A stretch of DNA of 64,000 bases from an uncultured virus (IMG/VR IMGVR_UViG_3300030109_002855) (IMGVR_UViG_3300030109_002855:1-64000), one strand, 5' to 3'; positions 19,523-28,510 are shown, counted from the first letter of the stretch. Numbers and translations are program-made. Notes: generated by a model not told the origin, from the letters alone.

Positions 19523-20286
19523 TGTTCTGCCTCCTTTTCTGCTTCAGGTGTAAGATATGTGGGTAATTTACTATTGTTTGTTAGTCTTTCCTTCATTTTC
19601 CCATGAAACTTAGAAGCATCAGTATCTCCTTCTACTCTCTTCCTAGTCATCATTCTAGCATGATACTTTCGTTTTTCTTCATCTGTGAAATCATCGTATT
19701 CACTAACATCTCTATGTTGTAAATCTTTATACTCATTTCCTATTGATTCATCCCCTTCAAATGGTGGAGTATAGTTTGGATTATTCTTCATTCTCATATA
19801 CATTCTAAAAGCAATGTTACTTTTATCAGACCTTCCGTGTTCTGTAATTTCTTTATGATACAATCTAGCCCAATATTTGTGTTTCTCATCTCTTGAATAA
19901 TTATCATACATTTCTTTAGTAGTAGAAGGCATTCTCTCAATTGCATCATATTGTGGTTTAACCATAAATCTATTCTGTTCGTCTTCTAAAGAATAATAGA
20001 TTTCTTTAGTGGAATCACGTTTCGTTCTTTGCAATTGTCTATAATGAAATCTCTCTAATTCTCTAAGCCTTCTAATTTCGTCGTCTTGTAAAGGTGGGGC
20101 TTGAACTGCTCTTTCAACTTGTCTCCTATAATGGGCACGCATAGATTCATGATACTTTTCTTTATTTTTATCATCCATTCTATAATATTCATCCTTAGTT
20201 AAAGTAGACCATCTGCCGCCATAAGGATTAGGCATTTTTAGAATACTAAACCAACTACTACTCATGAAATCTACCCACAAAATCAA
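19519..20286 (-). CDS. Protein with three internal helical repeats and WFSILK tag
   Basis: Repeats EYYRMDDKNKEKYH / MYDNYSRDEKHKYW / EYDDFTDEEKRKYH. Confidence 0.8.
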   Translation of the reverse strand: MILWVDFMSSSWFSILKMPNPYGGRWSTLTKDEYYRMDDKNKEKYHESMRAHYRRQVERAVQAPPLQDDEIRRLRELERFHYRQLQRTKRDSTKEIYYSLEDEQNRFMVKPQYDAIERMPSTTKEMYDNYSRDEKHKYWARLYHKEITEHGRSDKSNIAFRMYMRMKNNPNYTPPFEGDESIGNEYKDLQHRDVSEYDDFTDEEKRKYHARMMTRKRVEGDTDASKFHGKMKERLTNNSKLPTYLTPEAEKEAEQ

Positions 20287-20354
20287 TTACCCAAATCGCC
20301 CAATTAGGCAATATGTGAATGAAGGCGGCAGGTATCATACTTTAGCCTCTTCTA

Positions 20355-20370
20355 TCCGGTATAAAATGTT
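20355..20370 (-). promoter_or_regulatory. Putative TATA box (TTTTATA) for the leftward structural operon
   Basis: TATA-like element upstream of the first gene of the block. Confidence 0.35.
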
Positions 20371-20794
20371 AACCCCGTGATTTGTCGAAAAATGGGCGGT
20401 CATTTTTTTGCCACTTGCGATTTTTTTTATTTTTAAATTAATGCATTCCCGATATAAGATTGTACAGTTAGCACATTTTATAGTTCCTACAAATACCACA
20501 ATTAGAATTTTGTTGCTACAAACACCACAATTAGATTATGCCTGTATCTTTATGCAAGAGCGTTTTTTTATTCTATTATATTTATATTCCCTTCTATTTA
20601 ATTAAATATAGTGCCTTTTGTACTAAATAAGATAAGATTAATCACAGTAAAAAAATCTTTTTGATTATTTTATAAAAAAAAATTTGAACCCTGCTACGCA
20701 CCCATACCCCAATTACTACCCATATGGTACGGTATAAAAAACGTACAACCATATGGTATGCGCTTTGCCGCAGACCTCATAAAAATAAAGAAAA

Positions 20795-21300
20795 ATCGGG
20801 TTAAGAGGTTAAACACACTTAATGAAAAGATAATCTCCTACCGCCGCGAACTCGGAGATTCAATCTTAACTAGTAAATGCTTTTGTTTAACATTAACCGT
20901 CTTTTCTTAGGTTGGTGCTTGCACCTTAATCGCTGCTTACAGACCTTGGAAATGTTAAGGTCGGGACTTACATAGGATAGATTGGATATGCCATTCTTGG
21001 TTGTTACCAAGTTGGCCTTCGGTTTATTCTCTATCAGACTTCACGAAGTTATTGTGTCGCTCCTCTATTGCCCGTTATGTTAATGGAGTAAGGAAGAGGC
21101 TGCGTACTATCCTCATCTTATTATACACGACTTCGCTGTCAATACCTTACTCCGTAGGAGTTTACATAAGGCGGTACTGCTTTCATATACTATTGTTCCT
21201 AAAGCACTCATGCATTAGTGGTTTACCTTTCGGTTAGGAACTCATAAACGTGGTTCAGTTTTAAGGAGTATCACCTCTTTAATACTCACACCTTATTCGA
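20795..21300 (-). ncRNA. Candidate ~500 nt structured non-coding RNA
   Basis: Higher GC than flanks, no convincing ORF, many stems, two long-range pairings, GAAA tetraloop and U-rich tail on the minus strand. Confidence 0.5.
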
Positions 21301-21303
21301 ATC

Positions 21304-21567
21304 TTATATTCCACCTGCTGACTGATTACGATAAATTGTAATAGCCTTTCTAAACTTAGAAGGTTGAAAGTTCTTATTTGTTTTTGTTAGTTTTTCAATT
21401 ATGATATCTACCTTATCAGGTGATATATCTACGTCAACAATCATACATACTAACCATTCAAAATGTTTCTTTGTGAATAATGAATACATATTATTCCCCC
21501 GTATATCCATCAAACCAACCATCACCACTTGTTTCAGGGTCTTGGCAATGTTCTTGTGCTTCTTCAA
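21304..21567 (-). CDS. Small hypothetical protein
   Basis: ORF track; true start is probably the internal MYSLF. Confidence 0.55.
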   Translation of the reverse strand: MKKHKNIAKTLKQVVMVGLMDIRGNNMYSLFTKKHFEWLVCMIVDVDISPDKVDIIIEKLTKTNKNFQPSKFRKAITIYRNQSAGGI

Positions 21568-21623
21568 GAGTTAATCCTCTCTTGATTGTTCTATTATTCC
21601 CATTAAATCTAAATCTAATTATT

Positions 21624-21818
21624 TTATACATTTAATACATCTCCCGTTGGTATTTTAACTAAATGACTCATCTCTAGACCTGCACATATAACCGAAGTAT
21701 CAAAGGTTTTCTTAACAGTATAGTATTCACCGTTTACTTCTAAAATAATCGTATGCAACGATATATATTCATCTCTAAAATCTATCATTATCTTCATCTC
21801 CACATTCTTTACAATCAC
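21624..21818 (-). CDS. Small hypothetical protein
   Basis: ORF in a coupled string of small genes. Confidence 0.55.
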   Translation of the reverse strand: MIVKNVEMKIMIDFRDEYISLHTIILEVNGEYYTVKKTFDTSVICAGLEMSHLVKIPTGDVLNV

Positions 21819-22113
21819 CTATACGGTTCTCTGAATCATAAAACTCATCACAAATATTACATAGAAAATAACCACAACCATTTAATAATTCTAAAGCATC
21901 TTTTAGGGTTTTCTTAGTCATTCCTCTTCATCCCCCTCAAAGTATTCATCTAAATATTCATGGTCGTACGAAGTCATACTATCAGGATAAGGCATTATTC
22001 CTCACCTTTCCCAACAGATGATAAGATTTCTTGGTAATCCTCAAGTAGATTCTCACTACATTTACGACAATATAGTTTATTTGCTGATATTATTTTACCA
22101 CACATACATTCAT

Positions 22114-22890
22114 TCATTCTTCATCACCATGTTTTAATCTTGCTTCTCTAGTTAATGCTACAATATCAGGACTACATTCTGTCTTTGATTCTGTAACATG
22201 CTCAAAATAACATTCTAGTTCAGGTTCTTGTGAAAAAGTAATTTCTCCGTCTGCAACATCTCTAAAACATTGTTGTAAAGCACTTTCAAATATATGTTGA
22301 ATTAAACCAACATCAGAAATAACATTATCAACCATTCTTTCTTTAATAGTGGCGGCTTTCTTTACTCTTGCAGATTCCCAACTAATATTAAATGTTAATA
22401 TTAGACCATCATTTGAATTTGTAAGTTTAGAAACTAAAATAACTTCTTCATCCTCAGGAATAGAATATTGAAGAAAATGTCCTTTAATATAATCACGATT
22501 AGAATTACCTACAAACTTAGATAATTCCTCAGTAGGCATATTTGTAAAATTAATTTGATTACCTTTTGGTTCATGCCAAACTGTGTTGATAATTTCTTCA
22601 GTAGTAGTAGTTAACTCAACATTTTCCCATCCATTATCTTTCATATTTTCAACTATACCAGCAGATAAATATTGATATGGTGAAGTAAACATTATTCTAC
22701 CATCAACTACACATTCAGATACAACAGTTGATTTTATTTTATCATATTGACCAACAGGAGATGTTTCATATATATTAGATACATTAATACCCCAATCATC
22801 TAATGAATGTAATAACTCATAATAATGATAATCTTTCAGTTTCGTGTTTGCATATTTCATGTTCATTGTTCTTTTGTATGTTATACTCAT
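22114..22890 (-). CDS. Hypothetical protein
   Basis: 258 aa ORF. Confidence 0.75.
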   Translation of the reverse strand: MSITYKRTMNMKYANTKLKDYHYYELLHSLDDWGINVSNIYETSPVGQYDKIKSTVVSECVVDGRIMFTSPYQYLSAGIVENMKDNGWENVELTTTTEEIINTVWHEPKGNQINFTNMPTEELSKFVGNSNRDYIKGHFLQYSIPEDEEVILVSKLTNSNDGLILTFNISWESARVKKAATIKERMVDNVISDVGLIQHIFESALQQCFRDVADGEITFSQEPELECYFEHVTESKTECSPDIVALTREARLKHGDEE

Positions 22891-23085
22891 TTATTTCAAC
22901 TCCATTGTTTGAAAGGCTTTCAACCCTGCTGATAATTCAGAAAAACATTCTGCGAAATCATCACCTTGTACAGTCAATTCTTTAATGACTAATACTTGGG
23001 CTGAACCTGATTTCATGTGTCCTACTGATAACTTATATTTGTAGGGTTTTGTTTCTTGTATTGTATTATTAGTTGTTTGCGTCAT
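22891..23085 (-). CDS. Small hypothetical protein
   Basis: 64 aa ORF downstream of a TTAAATA box at 23116-23122. Confidence 0.7.
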   Translation of the reverse strand: MTQTTNNTIQETKPYKYKLSVGHMKSGSAQVLVIKELTVQGDDFAECFSELSAGLKAFQTMELK

Positions 23086-23183
23086 AATTTATCACTTTAT
23101 ACATCCGTCATAGGGTATTTAACTGGTAGCAGTCAAAGCACTACCATATGGTTGTAATATTTGCTTTGCGGTATTATAACCTT

Positions 23184-23203
23184 AAAAAGGGCATTTCTGC
23201 CCA
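23184..23203 (-). terminator. Hairpin plus U-tract terminator
   Basis: GGGCA-GAAA-TGCCC-TTTTT on the minus strand. Confidence 0.65.
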
Positions 23204-23237
23204 ATTAAGGTGTTAAGTAGGGTTGAATCTACCTAAC

Positions 23238-23765
23238 TTATTCTTCATCTTCCCCCTGAGAAGAACCATTTACCAAAACAACGGGTGATTCCCCGTCCCA
23301 AAGGTAAGGTGCGTTATCTGTATTTTTGGTAAAATCTGAATATGCTTTATTCATCATTTGTCTACGGCTTGCGGTATTTGCATCAGCAAACTCAGTTGCA
23401 TCAGTATAATTTCCGCCACCGGATTTACCGTGTCTCATTTCTAGTGTGCGTATTGATTCGTTTTCATTGAAAAGTGTAACCATTGCAGCATGATAAGCGG
23501 ATAAAACCGCATCTCTTGCAATAAGTACAGCATCAGGCATAGTTGAACCTCTACCTGACCTAAATGGCTTATCTGCGATATCAGCGAAACATGTTCTGAT
23601 AGCACCGTAAAGTGCATCTCTAGACTCAGGTTTCTTATCAGCAGCAGCGATTAATTGCGGTACTGCAATTAACTCAATATTCTGTTGCCAATCAGGATGG
23701 CTTTCAAACCATGCCTCAATTAGTGTTTTCTTACTTTCCCATTGTTCATTTGTCATATCTGTCAT
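23238..23765 (-). CDS. Hypothetical protein, paralog A of a divergent pair
   Basis: Shares QLIA..D.KPE, HGKS, WDG and SSQ.EE with 24018-24491. Confidence 0.8.
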   Translation of the reverse strand: MTDMTNEQWESKKTLIEAWFESHPDWQQNIELIAVPQLIAAADKKPESRDALYGAIRTCFADIADKPFRSGRGSTMPDAVLIARDAVLSAYHAAMVTLFNENESIRTLEMRHGKSGGGNYTDATEFADANTASRRQMMNKAYSDFTKNTDNAPYLWDGESPVVLVNGSSQGEDEE

Positions 23766-24017
23766 AATAATTCCTCTTTTTATCTCCTTTGTTAAGTATC
23801 TATTCAACCCCACTTAACATAATATATAGTGGATATAGGGTACTTAAGGGTGTTCTCAAAGTACCACACCATATGGTTGTAATACATAATATTTCATTAT
23901 ACATTTAAATAAATACTACCATATGGTTCTACTTTGATAGAACCCTTTAATAAGCCCTACATCGGCTATTATTATGCTCACAAAGGCAATCAGTTAATGA
24001 TAATAAAGGTGTTAAAA

Positions 24018-24491
24018 ATGGAAACATGGGAAGATACAAAAAAGAAAGTTGAAACAATGATAGCGGCAGATGATAGAGGTTCACTCGATGAAGGTCTAAA
24101 AGTTGTAGCCGTACAATTAATTGCAACAGGAGATAGTAAACCTGAGATGCAAGAACAAATGACTAAGACTCTAAAAGAGGCTCTTAGAGGATGTCACGGA
24201 TATCCTTGGAGAAGAGGTGGTGGAGGTATTCTTTCTGCTGCTGCTCTTAGTACAGTGGATGCAATAGTAGCAGATGTTGAAACAGCATTTGCAAATGCAT
24301 TCGATTCTTGTGTCGGTGTTCAAGCATTACTATTGCCTCACGGTAAAAGCAAGAATACTCATTTCGCAAATGGTGCAGATTATGCAAGCACACTCACAAA
24401 GACAATTCGTAAAAACGCAACTACGCTTTACAAAGCAGGTTGGGATGGTTCTCTAGATGGTCTAGGGATTTCTTCACAGGAGGAAGAATAA
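24018..24491 (+). CDS. Hypothetical protein, paralog B of a divergent pair
   Basis: ATG at 24018 after AGGTG RBS; motifs shared with paralog A. Confidence 0.8.
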   Translation: METWEDTKKKVETMIAADDRGSLDEGLKVVAVQLIATGDSKPEMQEQMTKTLKEALRGCHGYPWRRGGGGILSAAALSTVDAIVADVETAFANAFDSCVGVQALLLPHGKSKNTHFANGADYASTLTKTIRKNATTLYKAGWDGSLDGLGISSQEEE

Positions 24492-24520
24492 AACGGATTG
24501 ACTCTTTGTGAGTACTAATT

Positions 24521-24564
24521 GGGGGAATAGGGCTTTAATGCCTTATTCCTCCTTTTTTTATTTT
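24521..24564 (+). terminator. Hairpin plus T-tract terminator
   Basis: GGGGAATAGGGC...GCCTTATTCCTC followed by a T run. Confidence 0.7.
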
Positions 24565-24880
24565 AAGGTCTTAAACTGACAAAGCGTTTAATACCATATG
24601 GTTGTGTATTGTTTTAAAATAGAGGCTGGCGAAAACTTGACCGTATCCTTTATATACCCTCCTAGCCGACTTGATTTGTAGGAACTGACTAAACATCATT
24701 CGTGTACAAGAATAACCTAATTAATACTTAAAGCAGTATTATTCAAAGGATAAATATTTTACTACCAATATGACATCAGTTATTATTACTAATGATTAAA
24801 GAATCATTATTAATACAATATGTATTATTTGATAAAAATATCAGTATCTAGTATCCTATATAATATAAGATAACTAAATA

Positions 24881-25175
24881 ATATCTTACTCATTTTGATT
24901 AACATTCTTCCTTTTCACTTAAGTGGAAACGAGAGGTAGGACAAAATGAATAAGATATACAATATATGTATATCATTATAATATACATTATCATTTACTA
25001 CATTTACATACATACATACATACTTTTTTTCTCTCTCTCTTTATTTATTTCTCTCTCTATGAAAAACAGTGGAAACGAGAGAAACGAATAAAGTAGAGCA
25101 AAGTGGTAAACATATACTAACATATGTATATCATTGTGTCATTTCCAACAAGTGTAAACGAGTGGAAACAAGAAT
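24881..25175. other. Candidate replication origin with ORB-like AGTGGAAAC boxes around an AT-rich segment
   Basis: AGTGGAAACGAGAG at 24922 and 25068, AGTGGAAACAAG at 25161, 16/17 bp inverted repeat at 24881/24942; close to the strand switch. Confidence 0.5.
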
Positions 25176-25193
25176 AGCATTAAAAAAAATAAC

Positions 25194-25622
25194 GTGATTA
25201 ACATGGATAAAGAAATTAAAAGAACAAATGAAGAAGATAACAAAGAAAGAAAGATAACAATGTTTAGTGGAAAGAGTGATGTCAAATATACACCTCCACA
25301 AACAATGCATCAACCTTACACAAGAAAACCTCTTGAAGGTGTAGCACTATTAATACATGAGAAGTGTAATGATATCAAAGGAATGCTTATTGAAAAGAAT
25401 GAGCAGTATGGAGATTCAGCATTGAATCCAATTAGAATATTTTCAACATCTAATACAGATGAACAACTGCGAGTTAGGATAGATGATAAGTTAAGTCGTT
25501 TATCTCGCGGTAATGATTCATTAGAATCAGATGATGATATAATTAATGACCTAATAGGTTACTTAGTTTTATTATCAATACATAAAGACACTCACCCCGT
25601 AAGTGGAGAAGTTGTAGAATAG
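25194..25622 (+). CDS. Nucleotide-modification-associated domain 1 (DUF1599-like) protein
   Basis: KNEQYGDSA...RIDDKLSR...DLIGYL motif. Confidence 0.75.
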   Translation: MINMDKEIKRTNEEDNKERKITMFSGKSDVKYTPPQTMHQPYTRKPLEGVALLIHEKCNDIKGMLIEKNEQYGDSALNPIRIFSTSNTDEQLRVRIDDKLSRLSRGNDSLESDDDIINDLIGYLVLLSIHKDTHPVSGEVVE

Positions 25623-25689
25623 TCTTAGCGGGCTATCCTACAATACTTTAGGGTGTTATAATAAGGGTTTAATCCAACATAAAAAAGTA

Positions 25690-26555
25690 AAAAGATATAG
25701 TGGATGAGTGATGTCAAGCATAAAAGTCGCTTGATGCTAATTCTAGATTAGCAAAGTAATTCAATATAGAGTAGTAGGCTATCACAAGTATTATGCTTGT
25801 AATAGTCGGTCAGGTTTGTGTGAAAGCACTTGCTTTACTTGAAAGTTGTCATATTACCAAAACTTGTAAAACTAATGTATCTGTAATCTCAAACAGATAA
25901 TCAGTAAGAATTGTTTCCGCTAGAGGCAATGGTCTGCTGATGACTTACCCACGTGGTGACGGCATAGAACGGTTACTTTCCCTTATAACATTCAATAGTC
26001 AATGAAGACTTTAAAATAAAAACACTCAAAATATCAGACGGGAGAATACGGTAAGGCTTATCGCTTAGTCTAGTTTATTTGTTTCCCGTTCCATTGCTGC
26101 CGTATGCATAATTGGTGTTTCTGATATTTCTATGAGTAGAGTTTACTGAAATAAAAAAGACAAATCGAGGTGGATTAGATTTCCATCCAAAGCAGTGATT
26201 AAATGACCTGCCCAATCTTGATATGATTCTTTTCTTACTACCTCTGAGGACTAGAACAAAAGAATCAATTAATTTTCGAGTATCAGTAATGTGGTTTTCG
26301 CCCATGTCTTTCTCTACTATTCACACTCATGACTACTTATGTAGTTCACAATTAAGGTTTTATCTTAATAATAAAATCTTCTAGTTTCTCTTGCTTAGGG
26401 GTATATCATTCTTTTATGTGGTGTTTTGGAATGGTAAATGCGTCATGCGACCTCAGTTTATTAGAACTAGAAAATTTTTCCTTAGTTGAGAGTCGGGTTT
26501 GTCAGTTAATACATCGCGGGTAACTGAGCAAGAGCCAAAAGATGTTCCCGACTAA
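25690..26555 (+). ncRNA. Candidate large structured non-coding RNA or RNA cluster (~650-860 nt)
   Basis: About 950 bp gap without a credible ORF, dense in nested and crossing stems; GUGU-GAAA-GCAC tetraloop hairpin on the plus strand. Confidence 0.55.
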
Positions 26556-26582
26556 TCACATTCCAATATGGAGATAATTAAA

Positions 26583-27131
26583 ATGAATATATTTATACTA
26601 AGTAACACACCAAAAGAATGCGCTAAACAAATGTTAGATAAACATGTAGTCAAAATGCCTACTGAAAGTATGCAGATGATTTCAACGATTTTACATCATC
26701 ATGGTATAGATTCACCTTACAAACCTGTAATGTTAAATCACCCCTGTACTATTTGGGCTAGAAAAAGTAGACAAAACTTTAGTTTTCTTTGGGAACATTG
26801 CTTTGAATTGTGCAAAGAATATACAAAGCGTTATGGAAAAGTACACAAAGTCGAAGAAACTTTACAAGAGTATGCAAGTAAAATTGCAGAAATGTACATT
26901 TTGTTACCTGATATTGGACTAACACCGTTTGCTCAAGCAATGCCTGACAAATACAAAAATGAAGATGCAGTGAAAGCATATCGTGAATACTATCTAAACG
27001 AGAAATACACTTTCGCTACATGGAAAACACAAAAGCCTGATTGGTGGCCTGATAACCATTACAACAATATGATAGACTTAAGAAAGAAACAGTTTCAAGA
27101 TAAAATGAGGAGAAATAAACATGCCATATAA
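26583..27131 (+). CDS. Pyrimidine-dimer DNA glycosylase / endonuclease V-like protein
   Basis: MNIF...DKHVVKMPTE..QM, NHPCTIW, TPFAQAMP and AYREYY motifs. Confidence 0.8.
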   Translation: MNIFILSNTPKECAKQMLDKHVVKMPTESMQMISTILHHHGIDSPYKPVMLNHPCTIWARKSRQNFSFLWEHCFELCKEYTKRYGKVHKVEETLQEYASKIAEMYILLPDIGLTPFAQAMPDKYKNEDAVKAYREYYLNEKYTFATWKTQKPDWWPDNHYNNMIDLRKKQFQDKMRRNKHAI

Positions 27132-27654
27132 TAATTGCCAAAAAATAATGGAAGACGGACACAGATGTAATAAACAGTTTAGAGTGCCTTCACATAAATG
27201 GAGATTAAAATTCTGTCCTGAGTGTGAAACTAATCCTAGACATAAAGGGAATAGGATGCATGCTCTAGCAAGTGATTTGGAAATTAAAGAATATCTTGTA
27301 GCGTTAATGAAAGAATATCCTAGCATTAAAGATATAGTACCTAGTCAAACTCAAATAGATGAAATACGCAAAGTATTGAAGAGTTTTAGTGATGAATTAG
27401 ATGGGATGAGACTCAAAAGAGGAGATATTGATAGGGTACTTAGTGCTAATAAAACTCATGTATCTAAGAAGTTAAACGAATATAGTAATATGGTTAATGA
27501 AGAACTAAACAATGCTAAAAAAGATTTTTTTCGTTTAACTGAACCTGAATCAGAAAAGTTACAGAGACAATTACTAACGCTAAGTAATAGACTTACTAAG
27601 TTAGAGAAAAGGCTAAAAGCAATAGAAGATGATTGGAGTGATGTTGATTGCTGA
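27121..27654 (+). CDS. Zn-finger plus coiled-coil protein
   Basis: C...C...CPEC followed by a heptad-rich region. Confidence 0.7.
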   Translation: MPYNNCQKIMEDGHRCNKQFRVPSHKWRLKFCPECETNPRHKGNRMHALASDLEIKEYLVALMKEYPSIKDIVPSQTQIDEIRKVLKSFSDELDGMRLKRGDIDRVLSANKTHVSKKLNEYSNMVNEELNNAKKDFFRLTEPESEKLQRQLLTLSNRLTKLEKRLKAIEDDWSDVDC

Positions 27655-27768
27655 AGTGTGATGAATGTCATGATACTGGCATAGTAGTTAAACAAGATGC
27701 AACGGGTGAAATGGATATTGAAATGTGTATTTGTAAATCACATGTGTATAAGGATTGGTTGATTAAAT

Positions 27769-28002
27769 ATGGACTTAAATGATATTAAGAATTTTGAAAT
27801 GATGAAGCACCATTTTAATCAGATGATAGAGTTCTATGAGAAGATGCCACCATTGGTAAGTAATATTCATAGAACAATAATTGAAGATTCATTGACTTCA
27901 ATAGCAGCCGTTATGGAAGGAGTAACAGCACAGTTATTAGAAGTAATTGATGATGATTCAGTAATAGTAGATGTGAAAAATATGATGGAGGATGAATTAT
28001 AA
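27769..28002 (+). CDS. Small hypothetical protein
   Basis: ORF track. Confidence 0.6.
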   Translation: MDLNDIKNFEMMKHHFNQMIEFYEKMPPLVSNIHRTIIEDSLTSIAAVMEGVTAQLLEVIDDDSVIVDVKNMMEDEL

Positions 28003-28318
28003 TGGAGTTCTTTCTAATCATGTTAGTAATATTTATTAGTTTGCGTTTATTGGGGTTTAAGATATGAGTATCATGGTCAGAAGATGTAAAATTTGTGGTA
28101 AAAACCACCGCATCAAAGAACAATATACTAGTAGGATTTGTAAAGAATGCTACAAAGAAATGGAAGGAGAAGAATAAATATGAAATTATTATGTAAAGGG
28201 TGTCTATATGTTATGGAACACCATAAAAGTAAAATTAGCAACAGGTGGCTTTGTGATAGATGTAACAAGCCATTTATACCGGAAGGTAGTACACATCTAA
28301 AAATTAGGAGAAATAAAA

Positions 28319-28510
28319 ATGAAAATGAAATTGAAAACAACAACAGGTGAAACGACAATAGATTGGTCAGAAGTTTGTGCAGTAACAGTCTGCCAAGTTT
28401 GGTCAACTGAATTTGAGATGATGCTAGAAGAATATCATGTGCATCTTAAATCAGGTACGATTTTTGTAACGCAAGATGCAAAGATTAAATCCGTAGGATG
28501 GTGGGCTTAG
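28319..28510 (+). CDS. Small hypothetical protein
   Basis: AGGAG RBS; ORF track. Confidence 0.6.
   Translation: MKMKLKTTTGETTIDWSEVCAVTVCQVWSTEFEMMLEEYHVHLKSGTIFVTQDAKIKSVGWWA

Larger units (their letters stand above)
20720..24602. repeat. Dispersed palindromic motif ACCATATGGT with flanking CAAAG/CTTTG half-sites
   Basis: Copies at ~20720 (CCATATGGT), 20748, 23143, 23868, 23918 and 24593; all intergenic. Confidence 0.85.

Noticed and set aside
21001..21237. 78 aa plus-strand ORF
   Set aside because: Opposite to local transcription, TTG start, no RBS; the region is better explained as structured RNA
20720..25175. CRISPR or mini-CRISPR array made of the ACCATATGGT or AGTGGAAAC repeats
   Set aside because: Repeats are too short and irregularly spaced; no repeat-spacer periodicity
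26075..26305. 76 aa minus-strand ORF
   Set aside because: Opposite to local gene orientation and lies within the structured region
25690..26555. tRNA cluster or group I/II intron
   Set aside because: No cloverleaf with a T-loop GTTCRA, no group I P7 or group II domain V signature, and no interrupted gene
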